A stretch of DNA of 64,000 bases from positions 1,323 to 65,322 of the forward strand of contig JAJCZX010000024.1 of assembly GCA_029262195.1 (NCBI GenBank), read 5' to 3'. Positions within the stretch are counted from its first letter, which is position 1; each line of letters opens with the position of its first letter. The stretch comes from Gemmatimonadota bacterium. Its GTDB lineage: Bacteria > Gemmatimonadota > Gemmatimonadetes > Gemmatimonadales > GWC2-71-9. A program made the translations under genes and the position numbers. This document shows, in pieces, positions 1 through 11,900 of this stretch. The notes beneath the pieces were generated by a model, which ran no database searches, was not told the DNA's origin, and saw only the letters and a program-made list of their open reading frames with translations.

Positions 1-1253
1 GGGACCCTGGAGGATTGGGCGACACGGCCGAACCAAATATCAGCCATGTTGGGTTGCCGAAAATCTGAGGGTTTGACGGCGAGGGTGTCAGCATGGTATG
101 CCATGGCCCCGGTGCCGAGCATATGAACGAAGGCGTCTTCCGCGACATGTTTCAGACAGTGCCTAACTCTGCGACTTCCTCGATAGCTTTTAATCGGGGT
201 GCGAAAAGTGATGCCGTGAAGACCAACAACGGTGGTGCGCTGGAAACGGTCTATCGATGCCCGCAATCGAGCAACATAGTCGGGCGGGTAGATCAGGTCG
301 TCGTCACAGACGAAATGGTACCCTGTGATGGTTGTGGCCCAGAAAAACTTTCCGGCGTCTCCACGGTCCCCAAACGTGGCGCTTGTTGCGAACTGCACCT
401 TCGGGTGTTCCAGCACCTTTGGGATCGAGCGGTGTCCGTTGAGATAGATATTAATTTGGTCCACTTGCGGTGCCAACGACTCGAGAACGCTCCCTAAGGT
501 GCTTACCCGGTCGGGAACCGTTGCCAAGCTTGCAACCACGTCAGGGCCATCAGCGAAACGCACGGTGTGCAGAGGGTGTTGGGCGCGTTCCTGGGGGTGC
601 ATCTGGGACGGATCGTAGGTGTGCCGCACAAGCGATTGGTGGACGCGATACATGGCGTAATCTGCGCGGAACAATCTTCGTGACATCTGGCTCCCTACGC
701 CAGAGCTTCTGTTTCGGTTGCGCGGCGGTTTGATCGGCGTCAACTCCCAGTTCAACGCGTCGAGAAGGTCGCGAGTACTGTAGAAAGCCCCGTCCACCCA
801 ACCGGTCAGATCGAACTCACCGAGACGTTTGGGTGAAAAATTTGTCCAACACGGTTGGTGTTCTCGGGAGTCATCCACGTGCACTGAAAGCGCAATCTTC
901 CGATCGTCAGAAATTTTCGACCACACGGCCTCCGCACGTTCGAAGAAACCGCGCGCGAGTCTAACGTCGTCCGGCAGTTGGACGAATCGGTCAAATGGCG
1001 CGGTTCGCAAATCGGCGTAGGCTCGGTTCGTCCACTGCCAGAACCGCAACTTGCCGTGGCGAACTTGTGACCGAGTGTAATTGCCCCCCATACCTTTGAC
1101 GGTGGCAACAACCTCCCGGTAATCTGCGTCTGAACCATCGTCATAAACGTAAATGTCGATTTGGTGTTTCTGCATTTCGCGCCGAAGGTCGCTTAGGATT
1201 GCAAGTAGCTGGGCGGGTCGGTTGTGCGTGAAAATGAGTACGCAATAGCGCAT
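1..1253 (-). CDS. Glycosyltransferase with two GT-A-like domains. The gene starts at 1253 and the C-terminus lies beyond the window edge (partial).
   Basis: This comes from my own translation of the minus strand from ATG at 1253. The frame stays open to position 1, and the ORF is missing from the track, apparently because it has no stop inside the window. The N-terminus is MRYCVLIFTHNRPAQLLAILSDL...IDIYVYDDGSDADY, a GT2-like beginning with a DxD-type acidic motif. The second domain is VVASLATVPDRVSTLGSVLESLAPQVDQINIYLNGH...YHFVCDDDLIYPPDYV, again with a DDD motif. It is divergent from the large operon. Confidence 0.7.
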   Translation of the reverse strand, partial: MRYCVLIFTHNRPAQLLAILSDLRREMQKHQIDIYVYDDGSDADYREVVATVKGMGGNYTRSQVRHGKLRFWQWTNRAYADLRTAPFDRFVQLPDDVRLARGFFERAEAVWSKISDDRKIALSVHVDDSREHQPCWTNFSPKRLGEFDLTGWVDGAFYSTRDLLDALNWELTPIKPPRNRNRSSGVGSQMSRRLFRADYAMYRVHQSLVRHTYDPSQMHPQERAQHPLHTVRFADGPDVVASLATVPDRVSTLGSVLESLAPQVDQINIYLNGHRSIPKVLEHPKVQFATSATFGDRGDAGKFFWATTITGYHFVCDDDLIYPPDYVARLRASIDRFQRTTVVGLHGITFRTPIKSYRGSRRVRHCLKHVAEDAFVHMLGTGAMAYHADTLAVKPSDFRQPNMADIWFGRVAQSSRV

Positions 1254-1306
1254 GGAACGTCCGCCTCTTTGTGATTATCGAAAGGTCTGTTTGCGGCCAC
1301 GATCTG

Positions 1307-1363
1307 GTGTTTGACCGCCGGGCGGGAGTCGTGTTTGACCAGGCGGGTACCGGCACCTATATT
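1307..1363 (+). promoter_or_regulatory. Putative sigma70-type promoter for the large operon (TTGACC, 17 nt, TATATT) with an upstream second copy of GTGTTTGACC
   Basis: GTGTTTGACC occurs at 1307-1316 and again at 1331-1340, a 24-bp register. The second copy supplies TTGACC at 1335-1340, and TATATT sits at 1358-1363 after a 17-nt spacer. The element lies in the 278-bp divergent intergenic region, about 170 nt upstream of the first ORF. Confidence 0.4.
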
Positions 1364-1531
1364 TGCCGCGCCAACCTGATGTGTCAACCTACCGTTGCGA
1401 TATGTTTCGCGCCTTGCGGGAGAGTTGAACGCGTTTCAATCGTCCGCGGATGTGCGCGGAGCGGCCGCCTCTAACTGGCCAAGATGTGTGTTTGGTGTGG
1501 CTTAGAACCGGATATCGAATCGCTGTAATGG

Positions 1532-4500
1532 TTGGCGATGAGGCGGCATTTGGATCGAATCACGGCAGGGTTATTCCTTATCGGCGACGGTGGTGGTAGT
1601 CCGTCGGTAGGCACCTACTGTTACTACTTGATGGCAGTGGATTCGACGGGATCGGGTCCGACAAGCGTGGCGCAGCTGTGGAACGACAAGCCATATGTTG
1701 GCTGGTTTCTTTTCCTGGATGAAGAGATCCCTGTTTCCGATGCCCCAAGGTTTGTCGCAACGGCCCGCCTGAAACTGCCCAGCCTCCCGCCGGGCAACTC
1801 GCGTGCGATAGTATGGCTCGCCAACGCTGATGCGAGTTCCATTGACCCGAATCTCACGCACTTGATTCTACAAACAGCGCTGTCGCTCTCTCTCCTACAC
1901 CCTATAAACACCCAAAGACAGGTCAAAAGCAGCGCGGGTTTCAGCTGGTGGGCGCTGGCGCTTGAGTTTCCGATTGGAGCTGCAGTCTCACTGAGCCAAG
2001 GGGTGGGTGGCCTGGCGTTCGGGGTTTCGGTAAAAGCCCGCGATCAATCAAAGTTTTTTCTACTTTGCGACGACGATCAGGAGTCGACATTCTTTCCGCC
2101 CAGGGGAGCGAATGTCTTTATTCCGATAGACGGATCAACCGCAGGGTGTGTGAGCGTCAACGCCGCACTGAAGTTACCCCCGTTGATCCAGGCCTTGGGT
2201 TGCGGTTTTCGGTATGTGAAAACGGGCTCCACGCCGAAAATATTTGACTTCCCGATGTATCCAGACGACGCGGCCAACAATTTACTTTACGCTTACAACT
2301 TGCGGTTGCACCCCCTTCGGCCGCTCGATAGCGACGTGACCGCGTTTCAGTTTGACCTGGAGGGTATTAGTCAGGAAGCCAAGAACAGTCGGCAGCTGAC
2401 GTCGCGGGCTTTCCTGACGCCATCGGGAACCGCTATTGAAATTGTACCCGACGCTGTTTCCGGGTTTGCATTCAATGAGTCGGTTTCGGCCAGCGGCCAC
2501 CCTTTTGGTTATCTGAGTCCCGTGGGGTTGTTCAAACTCGTTTGGGTGGCCGGAAGGCCTGGGTTGGAGACGACAACGAATGTTAAATCTGAGGAGGAGT
2601 TGCCCCAGGGATCCGCGCAGGCCATACCGGTGCAGTATATGCCCGGTGTCTCCGGCCAAGAATTTATCACATTCCAAACCGGGGATGTAATCGGGTTTGA
2701 GCAGGGCCACCCGGCGACAAGCAACGGGGATTCGAGCGGGGACGTCGATCCCGCTTTCGGCGTCGGTGAAGTTCTTGACGCAACTTACACGACGTCATGG
2801 TTTGGGGCTTTGCCTATGGGTGAAAGATGCCCGCGGTATTTTGCGCAACCCAGCGCTTCGGTGTATTATGGACCCGCTCCGCACATGTCCTTTCCGACCG
2901 CGATCTCGGCGCAACTGGCCGAATTCGGGACCCCTTCGCTCTTTCCGGCTGTTCCGTATGGATATGTGACACCAGCGGATGACGACGACGCAGACGCCTA
3001 CACGCACTTCGAGAACACTGTGTTAACTCCGGGGCGGAGTCGTGAGATACTCAAAGACACGTCGATGGGGCCCCGTTTCCTACAGCCCACCCCGGGGGGA
3101 AGTCCAACTTCGCCGGTGATTGGCGGCACCATGACGCCGCAGGGATTAATGGTTTCCGTTGGCGACGAAGGTCAATGGGAGCAACTTCTGCTGGCTCGAA
3201 GCCCCAATGACAATGAAAGTCACCTTGGGTTCAGCGGGTTGTCTCCTGGTGGCGAAGTAAGCCCGCGACTCGGCAGCGCTCTTATGCGCAACGAGTTGTT
3301 TCTGGTAATCTCGACTGGTGAAGCGCTGGGCGAATTCGAGCATGAGATCAACATGCGCGGATTCACGTTTAATCTCGACGTGCAAGGCGCCGTTGGCGTA
3401 GAAACGAGGCCAGATACGCCAGCTGGGTCTCTCCAAACCATCATGATTTTCAAGTTTGGCACTGGACGCTCGGTGAGCGAACTTGTAGAAAGCCCTGAAC
3501 ATTGGGTTAGCACTGCCGACTTCGTTGGGGATACCCCGTCGGCAATTGCGGCGGTGCAACGGGCCATTCGCGCCAATATCGCAGTAGCCGCTGAGGGCAT
3601 AGGGCTGCCGGGTAAACCCTTTGAGTATTTCAACTCAATTGTAAACTCACAAACATGGACCGGGATCCTAGCTCTGAACTGCTCAATCGACGCCAGGGGT
3701 ATGCCGGCAGATTTACAGATGTTGCTCGGCGGAGTCAGCGGCAATTTGATAGCTCATCATTTGGGGATACTCATCAATCGCGTGGAGTTGGGCTCACCCG
3801 CTTTAGAGATGCTGACGAGTTCCATCTTCGGTGTCATCCACTACGGGGAAGGGCAGTCGGACGCCTCCCCACCGAATTGTCCTCCGTCTCCCTGGCACTA
3901 CGCGCTCGAAAACCTGACTGTCCTGTTTGCTAATTCCAACATCACCTTCTTCAATGCGAAAATCGGCGTGATGATCACGCAGCTGTTTGGTCGCGAGGTC
4001 GAGCTTGTTTCGAGCAATGAGGGTGCGTCACCCCCCGAGCCGAATACGATTGTCATCAATGGGCAGTATCAAGAGCAGGAGGGTGTGGCTACTGTTCGCT
4101 TCTCCACGGACGACGACTTCGATTTTGCCCCAGTGCCGACGCCCGGGGCAATTAGGCTGATGGAGAAGGTGCGCGTGAGTAGCGCAGCCCTGGTGCCGAT
4201 CAGCAGCGTCGCCGACACTAAGAACCCGAAAATCGAAGACGTCATGATCGGGTTTCAGATGGCCGGGGAAATATGGTTTGCCAAGGATCCGTTCCCCAAC
4301 TCTGATTCTCTGGACCTGTTTTCCTACGGTAATGGAGACGTGGGGCTTGCGTACTCCGGGCTTTCTCTGGATATCGGGTATCAGCTTGATGAGGATGGGG
4401 CAGTCCCCTGTTCACAAAAAATTTCATTCAACTCTTCGGCAATGGTGTTTACTCCGAGCGCTGCCTCTACCCGTCCGGGTAGCTTGCTGGCCAGCCTGCC

Positions 4501-5143
4501 GATCAAGCTCACAGGGTTCACGCACAACGCAACGGCTCTGACTCCCACCGTCCTGGGGGCGACCCCGGTCCATTGCGTCAACTTGGAATCACCCACCGTG
4601 CCGCCTAAGAAACTCGTGCCGCCGAAAACCGGGCCAACACAACTAAAAACAGCACCCGAACCCCAGGGAAGCGCCGCTGGCAATGCGGCTCCGTACGTGA
4701 CTACTTCTCCCAATTATGGTCTGGTATTTGACATGCCGCTCGGCACCATGGGTTCGTTAGCCGGAGTTCACGCGGCCCTCACGGCAAAAATGATACTTGC
4801 CTGGGGCCCCTCGCCGTTCTTGCCGGGAAGCGATGCGGCAGCGGTATTTGTGCAACTCCCGCAAGTCATGGGCGGAGTCGATGGTTTCAACCTGCAAGGT
4901 ATCCTGAAGACCACATTCGGCGACGCCAACTTGATGAAGATTAACAATGTTTCTGAAAGATCGGGGCCGGTCTACGCAGTTTTGTTCAACAACATCGCTT
5001 TGAGCGTGCTCGGTTACACCTTCCCGCCCGGAATCGTGACGGACTTTATGATTTTTGCCGGGGAGGACCCACCAAAGGTCGCTGGCGATACCAACCTGGC
5101 GTGGTTCCTTATGACACATTCCTCCAGTGGAGGTACCTCCTGA
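1532..5143 (+). CDS. Large hypothetical protein (1203 aa), first gene of the operon; no recognisable domain
   Basis: This is the track ORF. The start is TTG at 1532 or ATG at 1538. The stop TGA at 5141-5143 overlaps the next ATG (TGATG). No N-terminal signal peptide or TM segment is evident, and I find no catalytic motif I can name. Confidence 0.8.
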   Translation: MAMRRHLDRITAGLFLIGDGGGSPSVGTYCYYLMAVDSTGSGPTSVAQLWNDKPYVGWFLFLDEEIPVSDAPRFVATARLKLPSLPPGNSRAIVWLANADASSIDPNLTHLILQTALSLSLLHPINTQRQVKSSAGFSWWALALEFPIGAAVSLSQGVGGLAFGVSVKARDQSKFFLLCDDDQESTFFPPRGANVFIPIDGSTAGCVSVNAALKLPPLIQALGCGFRYVKTGSTPKIFDFPMYPDDAANNLLYAYNLRLHPLRPLDSDVTAFQFDLEGISQEAKNSRQLTSRAFLTPSGTAIEIVPDAVSGFAFNESVSASGHPFGYLSPVGLFKLVWVAGRPGLETTTNVKSEEELPQGSAQAIPVQYMPGVSGQEFITFQTGDVIGFEQGHPATSNGDSSGDVDPAFGVGEVLDATYTTSWFGALPMGERCPRYFAQPSASVYYGPAPHMSFPTAISAQLAEFGTPSLFPAVPYGYVTPADDDDADAYTHFENTVLTPGRSREILKDTSMGPRFLQPTPGGSPTSPVIGGTMTPQGLMVSVGDEGQWEQLLLARSPNDNESHLGFSGLSPGGEVSPRLGSALMRNELFLVISTGEALGEFEHEINMRGFTFNLDVQGAVGVETRPDTPAGSLQTIMIFKFGTGRSVSELVESPEHWVSTADFVGDTPSAIAAVQRAIRANIAVAAEGIGLPGKPFEYFNSIVNSQTWTGILALNCSIDARGMPADLQMLLGGVSGNLIAHHLGILINRVELGSPALEMLTSSIFGVIHYGEGQSDASPPNCPPSPWHYALENLTVLFANSNITFFNAKIGVMITQLFGREVELVSSNEGASPPEPNTIVINGQYQEQEGVATVRFSTDDDFDFAPVPTPGAIRLMEKVRVSSAALVPISSVADTKNPKIEDVMIGFQMAGEIWFAKDPFPNSDSLDLFSYGNGDVGLAYSGLSLDIGYQLDEDGAVPCSQKISFNSSAMVFTPSAASTRPGSLLASLPIKLTGFTHNATALTPTVLGATPVHCVNLESPTVPPKKLVPPKTGPTQLKTAPEPQGSAAGNAAPYVTTSPNYGLVFDMPLGTMGSLAGVHAALTAKMILAWGPSPFLPGSDAAAVFVQLPQVMGGVDGFNLQGILKTTFGDANLMKINNVSERSGPVYAVLFNNIALSVLGYTFPPGIVTDFMIFAGEDPPKVAGDTNLAWFLMTHSSSGGTS

Positions 5144-5427
5144 TGGTCTCCCCCAAAAAGACAGTCAACGGCCTAATGCAGTGGTTGAGCCGAACGCTGG
5201 GAGTCGTACTACCCACGCTGGCTTTTTTCAAAGGCTTTCCGTCCATGCAGGCTCTCTGGCGTGGAGCAATCTCGGGATTCCCTGACCCAAACAAGCCGTT
5301 CCCGTGGCGGGTTCCGGTTAAGGGCTCGTGGTCGGAGTTGTTCCCGGATGCCCCAAATTTGGATGTCACCGTCACCATCGTGGTGGATGAAAATGATGAA
5401 TCACAATCAGATCAAGAAGGGTGGTAA
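5143..5427 (+). CDS. Small hypothetical protein (94 aa)
   Basis: ATG at 5143 is in frame with track ORF 5101-5427. GGAGGT at 5130-5135 lies 8 nt upstream, and there is a 1-nt overlap with the upstream stop. The N-terminal part MVSPKKTVNGLMQWLSRTLGVVLPTLAFF is moderately hydrophobic. Confidence 0.6.
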   Translation: MVSPKKTVNGLMQWLSRTLGVVLPTLAFFKGFPSMQALWRGAISGFPDPNKPFPWRVPVKGSWSELFPDAPNLDVTVTIVVDENDESQSDQEGW

Positions 5428-5430
5428 CGC

Positions 5431-5895
5431 ATGAAATCACCGGATACCGGAACCAATGTCTCGATCGCGGCGCAGTTCGAGTATAAGGATGGGCAATCGT
5501 TCACGATTCAATCACAGGACATCCAGAAACTTAGCACTGGCGGTTGCGTCAACTTTTCTCTGGCGTCGCCGATGGTGGTTGGTACTCTCGAAGATTTCGC
5601 CGAATGGCTTGCGGGCGAGTTCGGTGTTGCGAATGCGCATACTGAAATCCATGATGCCCTTGCGAACATGCCGAGTTGGCTGGCCGATCTGGTGAATGAT
5701 TTTCTCTCGCCAACACTGACGATCACCGTACTTGATGTGACCATCTGTAAAGAGAAGGGTAAGGGGAAACCTAGCCTTGCTGGTTTTTCTTTCGGCGTCA
5801 CCTGGACCTATAGCCCGCCGAAACACATCGTAGGGCCTTTGTATTTCGACGGCATTGGAGCGTTGATAGAACGCAACGCTGGCGCGTCGAGTTAG
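5431..5895 (+). CDS. Hypothetical protein (154 aa); weak resemblance to the N-terminus of the following giant protein
   Basis: This is the track ORF, starting 3 nt after the previous stop. The segments SPMVVGTLEDFAEWLAGEFGV and LTITVLDVTI resemble SPIALTDLYEWVRQLLEQIGL and VTITLEPDITV in the first 150 aa of the next ORF. Confidence 0.7.
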   Translation: MKSPDTGTNVSIAAQFEYKDGQSFTIQSQDIQKLSTGGCVNFSLASPMVVGTLEDFAEWLAGEFGVANAHTEIHDALANMPSWLADLVNDFLSPTLTITVLDVTICKEKGKGKPSLAGFSFGVTWTYSPPKHIVGPLYFDGIGALIERNAGASS

Positions 5896-5908
5896 AGCTA
5901 AACTCGAC

Positions 5909-8900
5909 ATGTCGTTGCTGGAGAATCAGGACGCGACTGCTGGGGCCGTTACCAAGGTAACCGTCTCGTTGAACGGGGAGTTGGATTTTGGCTCGTCCCC
6001 GTTCAAAATAGCTTTGGAGGCGGTAGTCGCGGGCGGTCCGTTGGAAATAGGCTTGGTGTCACAGTCGCCTATTGCATTGACCGATTTGTACGAGTGGGTG
6101 CGGCAACTGCTCGAGCAGATCGGACTGGATCTACCTGAACCTGCGGCTCCCTGGAGCATGATCCTGGATCGAAACGTCAACGCGGCCATCTGGTTGCGCC
6201 CCGGGGCTGAAACTCGGGCCGCCTACCTGCAGTTGGACCTGTCTCCTCCTTTGCCCATCGGCGGCTCCAGAGACTTCCACGGCGTGACAATCACGCTTGA
6301 GCCGGACATCACCGTCGAAAGTATTTATCTGGGTTATGACGCTGCATCGGGCAAGGGAGTTGATTTCCGTATAAAGGTGAGTTCCCCCACCACGGGAGCG
6401 ACGAAATCGGGAGCTGGACTACTGACGGCGGGCGGGGAATCACTGGTGGCCAAAGACCCCCCGACTAAGACGCAAGTCGTCAGCTATCCGTTTCCTGTGC
6501 CTTCGCAAAAATCAGCATCGAAATTCAAATTGAAATACCTGGGGCTTGGACAGCGTGTCGGGCCTGATCCGCAAGTAAACCCAAATGGCGATCCGCTCGC
6601 GACGATCTTTGATCAGCTTGAGAGCGACCTGGCGACCAACGATCCCAAGGCGATCCTCGAGCAGGTCGCGGCGAATTTTTACAAGCCTGATCGTGACTGG
6701 TTCATAGCAGCAGACATAGAATTCCGGGGGTTTGAACTCCGTATCCTGTTCAACGACCCTGCCATGTATGGCCTGGAGATCACCGCTGGAGCGGGGACGG
6801 GGCTCGAAGGTTTGTTGTTCGAGATTCTTTATCAGAAACTTGGGCCGCACCTCGGCGTTTATTATGGCGCCCTGACGCTTCCAGACGTTTTGCGGAGAAT
6901 CCCGATCGATGGTGCTATTCTAATCCTTCCGTCGTTCTCGGTTTGGATATACACCAATGGTGACTTCCGAATCAACATTGGTTGGCCGCTTGGCCCCAAT
7001 TCGATAGGTCTACAGCTCGACGTGCTGCTCGGGCGAGCCGGATTGTACTTTGCGAAACTGAGGAGTGGCGATAACCCCGGCCATTCGCCCTCGGAGTCGT
7101 CGCCGGGGTACAACCCCATTCTGGAGTTTGGCCTCGCCGTGTCCCTGTCTGCCGAGGCTTCGTTGAACGCTAGCGTGTTAAGCGCCAGCATATCGGTCGA
7201 CTTTACGGCAACGTTCCAGGGGCTTTTGGCCTGGGGAGCGGCTCCAGCCTTGAAGCCTCCGCAACGACCACCCCCCCAGGGCGGGGCGATAACGAAGACT
7301 CCCGGGCACTACTGGTTTGCGGCTACCGCGACCCTGGTGGTATCGCTAAAGGGCGAAGTCAATTTCCGTATTATCAAAGTCACCGTCGCAATCAATTTTA
7401 CGGCGTCGGTCGGAGTCGCGCTTGAGACGGGTCACGCGGGCCTTGTGCAGATCGCTGCAGAGGTAACGGTCTCCGCTTCCATAAAGATCATATTCTTCAC
7501 CATACACTTCAGCTTCCACGCATCGGTGACGCACACTTTTACCATCGGTTCGGGCCCTCCAGCCAGCACCAAAGGACCCCTCGGCATGGGATCGGCCGGT
7601 GCGTTGTACAGGGCGTTCGAGGACAAGGTATTAGAAGATGTCGCGCTACATAGAGAGTCGTTGTCGGAGGGGCAGGAATCATTCTTTGAGCTGACACCCC
7701 TCCAATCGCCACCGATTCCGGTAACGGCGTTTTTCATTCTCCAACCTGCGGTTGTTTTCGATCAGACCGGCGTTGGACAGCTTGCTGCGGTTGCTTCGCT
7801 TGTCACTGAAGCGCCGGTGGCTCGTGCTGTCGGTGTTGCAAGCCCTGACACCATGACTCAGTACGAGCAATTGATACGGAAATATGTTGAATGGTTGTAT
7901 TGCGAGTTCACACCGGCGGGCGGTGCCACGCTTGCGCGGTTGCGCGCTTTGGCTGGTGCGCTCGGTTCAGGAAAGGCATCGCCATCGACGCCGGTGTTCG
8001 GTGGTTTCGCAGGATTTCGAGAACACCTTTTTGCGTTTTTTAACGCCTACATTAGCCTCGAGATACGCTCGTCTTCGAAACACGAAGCTGATCTACCCCC
8101 CGACGTCGCCGTCCTGCCAATGTTTGATGAGCTACAGCTGAGACGTCAGAAAGCGGATGGGACCGTACAGGTCATTCGCTTCAGCGAGTACGAAAAGACA
8201 CCAGCCAACTACCCGCTGGCGATTGATCTTTACTATGACCTGTTGACCGAAACGCAAACGTGGGCTGAGATGGGTTATTCGACGGCCGAAACGATTAGCC
8301 AACCTTCCCCCACCGTCGCGTCATTCCTTTCTGAGGACTATTTCCTGATGGTGGCTCGACAGGCCGTAAATCAACTCGTTGATCTGGCGGACAAAAGCGG
8401 CGCGATTCTCGAAAAGCAGCTGTTTTCAGATTTGCGAGGTACTGATGCGGACCGCAGGAGAGAATTGATTCATGCCCATGTCATGCGGACTTCCGGTGAT
8501 AACACGTTGCTGGAACTTTTGGATGAACTAGACTACGGGTCAATCGCCGGACTCGGGTCTCGGTCATTGCTGCAAGGCGTGCAACTTCCCATACCTAAAG
8601 ACGTTCCGAAGAATCCCACGCCGGAGAACATGCCCGGAGTGCCGACCGCCGGGATGTCGGTTTTGACGGGGCAACAATGGCTAGTACGTACGGGTGCCAC
8701 TGACGTGACGGCCGCCTTGATGGCGAATTCGAACGACCCCGGACGTGCTGACTGGATCCATTTCGACGGTTCGCTCGGGACAGCCGATGCTGAATTGGCG
8801 CTTCCGGCAGCGGCGCCATCCATCCCGGCCCCGTCATGGAGCGGTCCCCAAAGTAGCCCTGCTGACGTTGATGTTCTGTACCGAGGCCCCGAGTCCGAGG

Positions 8901-11900
8901 GAATTGACGGTGATATTGAAGTTGGCGCGATAAACACGTTGACAGCTTTTCCACTCTATGTAGCGCAAACCAATCGGACGTTGTGGACGGCAGAGTCCGC
9001 GCGCACCTTGCTGCCGCTCAACGCGGATCTGGGCATGTGGCCCTCAGGTTCCGGGGCGGTTGAGGTTTCCAATGTTGCGCCCGACGAGGAAGCCAATCCG
9101 CCGCTGCTTGAGGGGGCAGCGGTATTGACGATCGCGCTTTCGATCAACCAAATCGGTACGATTCACGATACAGACGTGGGCGCGACCAGCCCGCCGCCCG
9201 ATGCCGGAACTACTCTTGGCTCTCCTCCGGTGTTTGGCCCTGATATGGCACTTCCGTTTGTGTTCTCGATCAACGGGGCCGACGAAACGACACGTGATCT
9301 TATCGAGGATGCTCTGCAAAGTGCCGACTTCAACTCAGTTCGAATATCGATCGCCTATGCTGATCCGTCCTCCAATCAGATCTGTTCGGAGGAGTTGTCA
9401 CCGGATGTGATGCTGCTCAAAACCAACCTGTCGACCTTGAATCAGGCCTACGAGGTGAGTGCGCTGTGCGGTGAACGTATGCAGGTGTTGGGGGCGTTGC
9501 AGGGAGACGATGTGGCCACTATCGATGAAGCCGAGGCATTTCTCCGCTTATTATGGGAATGCAGTGTGGTGCATGCGTCCGGATACTATCTGTATTACCG
9601 GACCAGCGACGGACATCCGCTAGCGCCAGATGTGTTTACGGATGGTAAGGCATCGATCACGATAATCGTCGAGCCGACGACCCCGTCCCAAAACCTCATT
9701 CAGGTGGCGTCATACCAGAACTCAGTATGCGTGTTGGGCAACCACTCGGCCGACACCCTCTATATGGACATGTACGAAACCGGCGGAGGAAGGGTAATGC
9801 GCTATGGCCCAACCTATCCAGCGGGCAACTTTGGGGTGGCTTTGGAATGGACACATCCCGCGGAAGCGAGTCCGCCTCCCATGGTCCCAGTCGCTGAACT
9901 GTATCACCTCATTCAATATGCCATCGAAAAAACCGGCGGATACGGAGGGTCTGTCTGGAGCCTTCCCTTAACCCCCAATGACGCCCCGACTGACGGCGGA
10001 CTGGTTGTCAGCAACTATCAGGTTATTGTGCCGGTAGACCGGTTCCTTACAGGGTCGACGAATCGATATCAGGTGAACGGCCGGCCCGTGGATATCAAGT
10101 TCAGACTCGCCGACATGTTCGGGAACATCATACTGCATGATTCACCATTCACCTTTACGCCCTACTATCACGATCCACTGGTGCCACCTGACGAATGGCC
10201 GTCTTTTGTGATGAAGTACCGGGTTATGCCGGGCGGTCTCGGGGAAGCAATGATCGCGTTGCATTGTGATTTCCAGATCAATGGCATCGAACATAATAAA
10301 GATCCCAAGAGCATGTTGGCCGCCGCCGATTCGCGGTATGCACTTATTTATGACCAACTGACGGATCCAAATGTTTCAATGACGGCGTTCACGACTCTAG
10401 TGCCCTTGGCTGATGGTCCGCTGCAAGGGTCTCATTACCTGCACCAAACATTGATTGACGTCGTCAGCACAATACGCAATCGGTTACGTGACGCGATCGA
10501 CAGCAACAAGTTCGTACCGTACCAACGGAACATTGACATCTCTGTACCTATAAGCGCGGTTGGGCAACTTCCTCAGGATATCTTCCCGATTGGCGTGACG
10601 GTTGGGATGGAACGACTGGAAGGCGTGCCGCCGCATGTCTTGGAAAACCTGCCCAGTGCTGGCTCGGTCCAGTGTTCGATTCGACCCGATCTTGACGCCT
10701 TGCGAGACGCGGTGTCCCCTGGAACTCAGGAGAGCGGCATACACATTTTCGCGAACGATTTTGAGAGCGCCTACTTTGGCTTTGATGGGCGTCAGGGAGA
10801 GTTGATAGTTGCGCAGCGGCCCGCAGCCCAGAAAAGTGCGGGCTCGCCCTCCGATGCCAGAGGTGGCGGAATGGTTCTCGGTCACGCGCCTGCTGAGGAC
10901 CACGATCTTTGGGCGGTTCGCTGGAGTGACACCGCCGGTATTTCAGTTCGGTTTGGCGGTGCCCCAATCGACGATTTCGCTTACTTCGCGGTTCGTCCAA
11001 TTAGTACGAAACTGCAGAACCACGTGTTTAACGGCACCACGCTCCACACTGGCGTCGATGTCGATCAATGGGCTCGGGAGTTCCTTGATGCGGTGGATAC
11101 TTTCCTTGCCCCGGAGTATGCCGTGGGTATGGCGGTGCTCGACTCGATGAACCAAACGGATTACCTCGAGGCGATACTGGGTTCGAAAAGACAGCTGGCC
11201 TCGATTATACCAAACGGACTTGTCAACATCTTTGAGGAGGGTGCCAGAGGCGACATCGGTGGTGCTCGGGAAGTTTTGGAGCAGTCGTTGCTAAAAGAAC
11301 TGGGTTCCGCATATTCCATATCGACGGTGGTGCAGGCGCGTTCGGAGGTCACCACCTTCCCTGCCAGTTTATCGAGCCCCAACGGCTTCCCGCCTTCCTT
11401 CTACGGAGGAATAGTGTCTTCCGATTCGCTACAGTCCGACTCGGGAGTACCACCGAAGATTTCGAAACGCTACACGCTTTCGGGCGCCCGTTTGCAGATC
11501 GAAGACGGTTATCAATGGGCAGCCTTCATGGTGGGAACTGCTGATCCCGCGTTACAAACGGAACTGGTTCTCCCGTTAAACTATGCGATCAGTTACTTGC
11601 AGCACGATTTCCTGCCCGATGAAGAGTACCAGGGGTTTGTGCCTTCGTCCTGGCTGAAATTTGTTCTTACGAGGGAGTCGCTGGATTTACCGGTCACCGC
11701 CTCAAACCCTGCCGAGATCCCAATTCCATTGCGCGCGGACCCTCAAGCCCCCGCGTGCGTTAAGCAAACTGCTCAAGGCGTTCCAATAACTCCGAAAAAG
11801 ACGCCGTCCCCACCGGGGCCTGAAATCACTGCAGCCTTGGACTGGGAGTATCAGGCTGATATTAGGGTGAAGTGGGATCTCCACGACGAGCTCTTGATGA

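Noticed and set aside
93-1474. Eight short track ORFs on both strands (e.g. 93-497 +, 550-801 -, 806-1144 -, 1141-1356 -).
   Set aside because: Up to position 1253 they overlap the single long minus-strand reading frame, which encodes a two-domain glycosyltransferase. That frame explains the region. The short ORFs are off-frame or antisense shadows, and the few beyond 1253 fall in the divergent promoter region.
1420-1480. Short GC-rich palindromes in the operon leader (AACGCGTT, TCCGCGGA, GCGGCCGC).
   Set aside because: These are 8-bp palindromes of CG-rich composition, expected by chance in this sequence. They show no extended arms or repetition.
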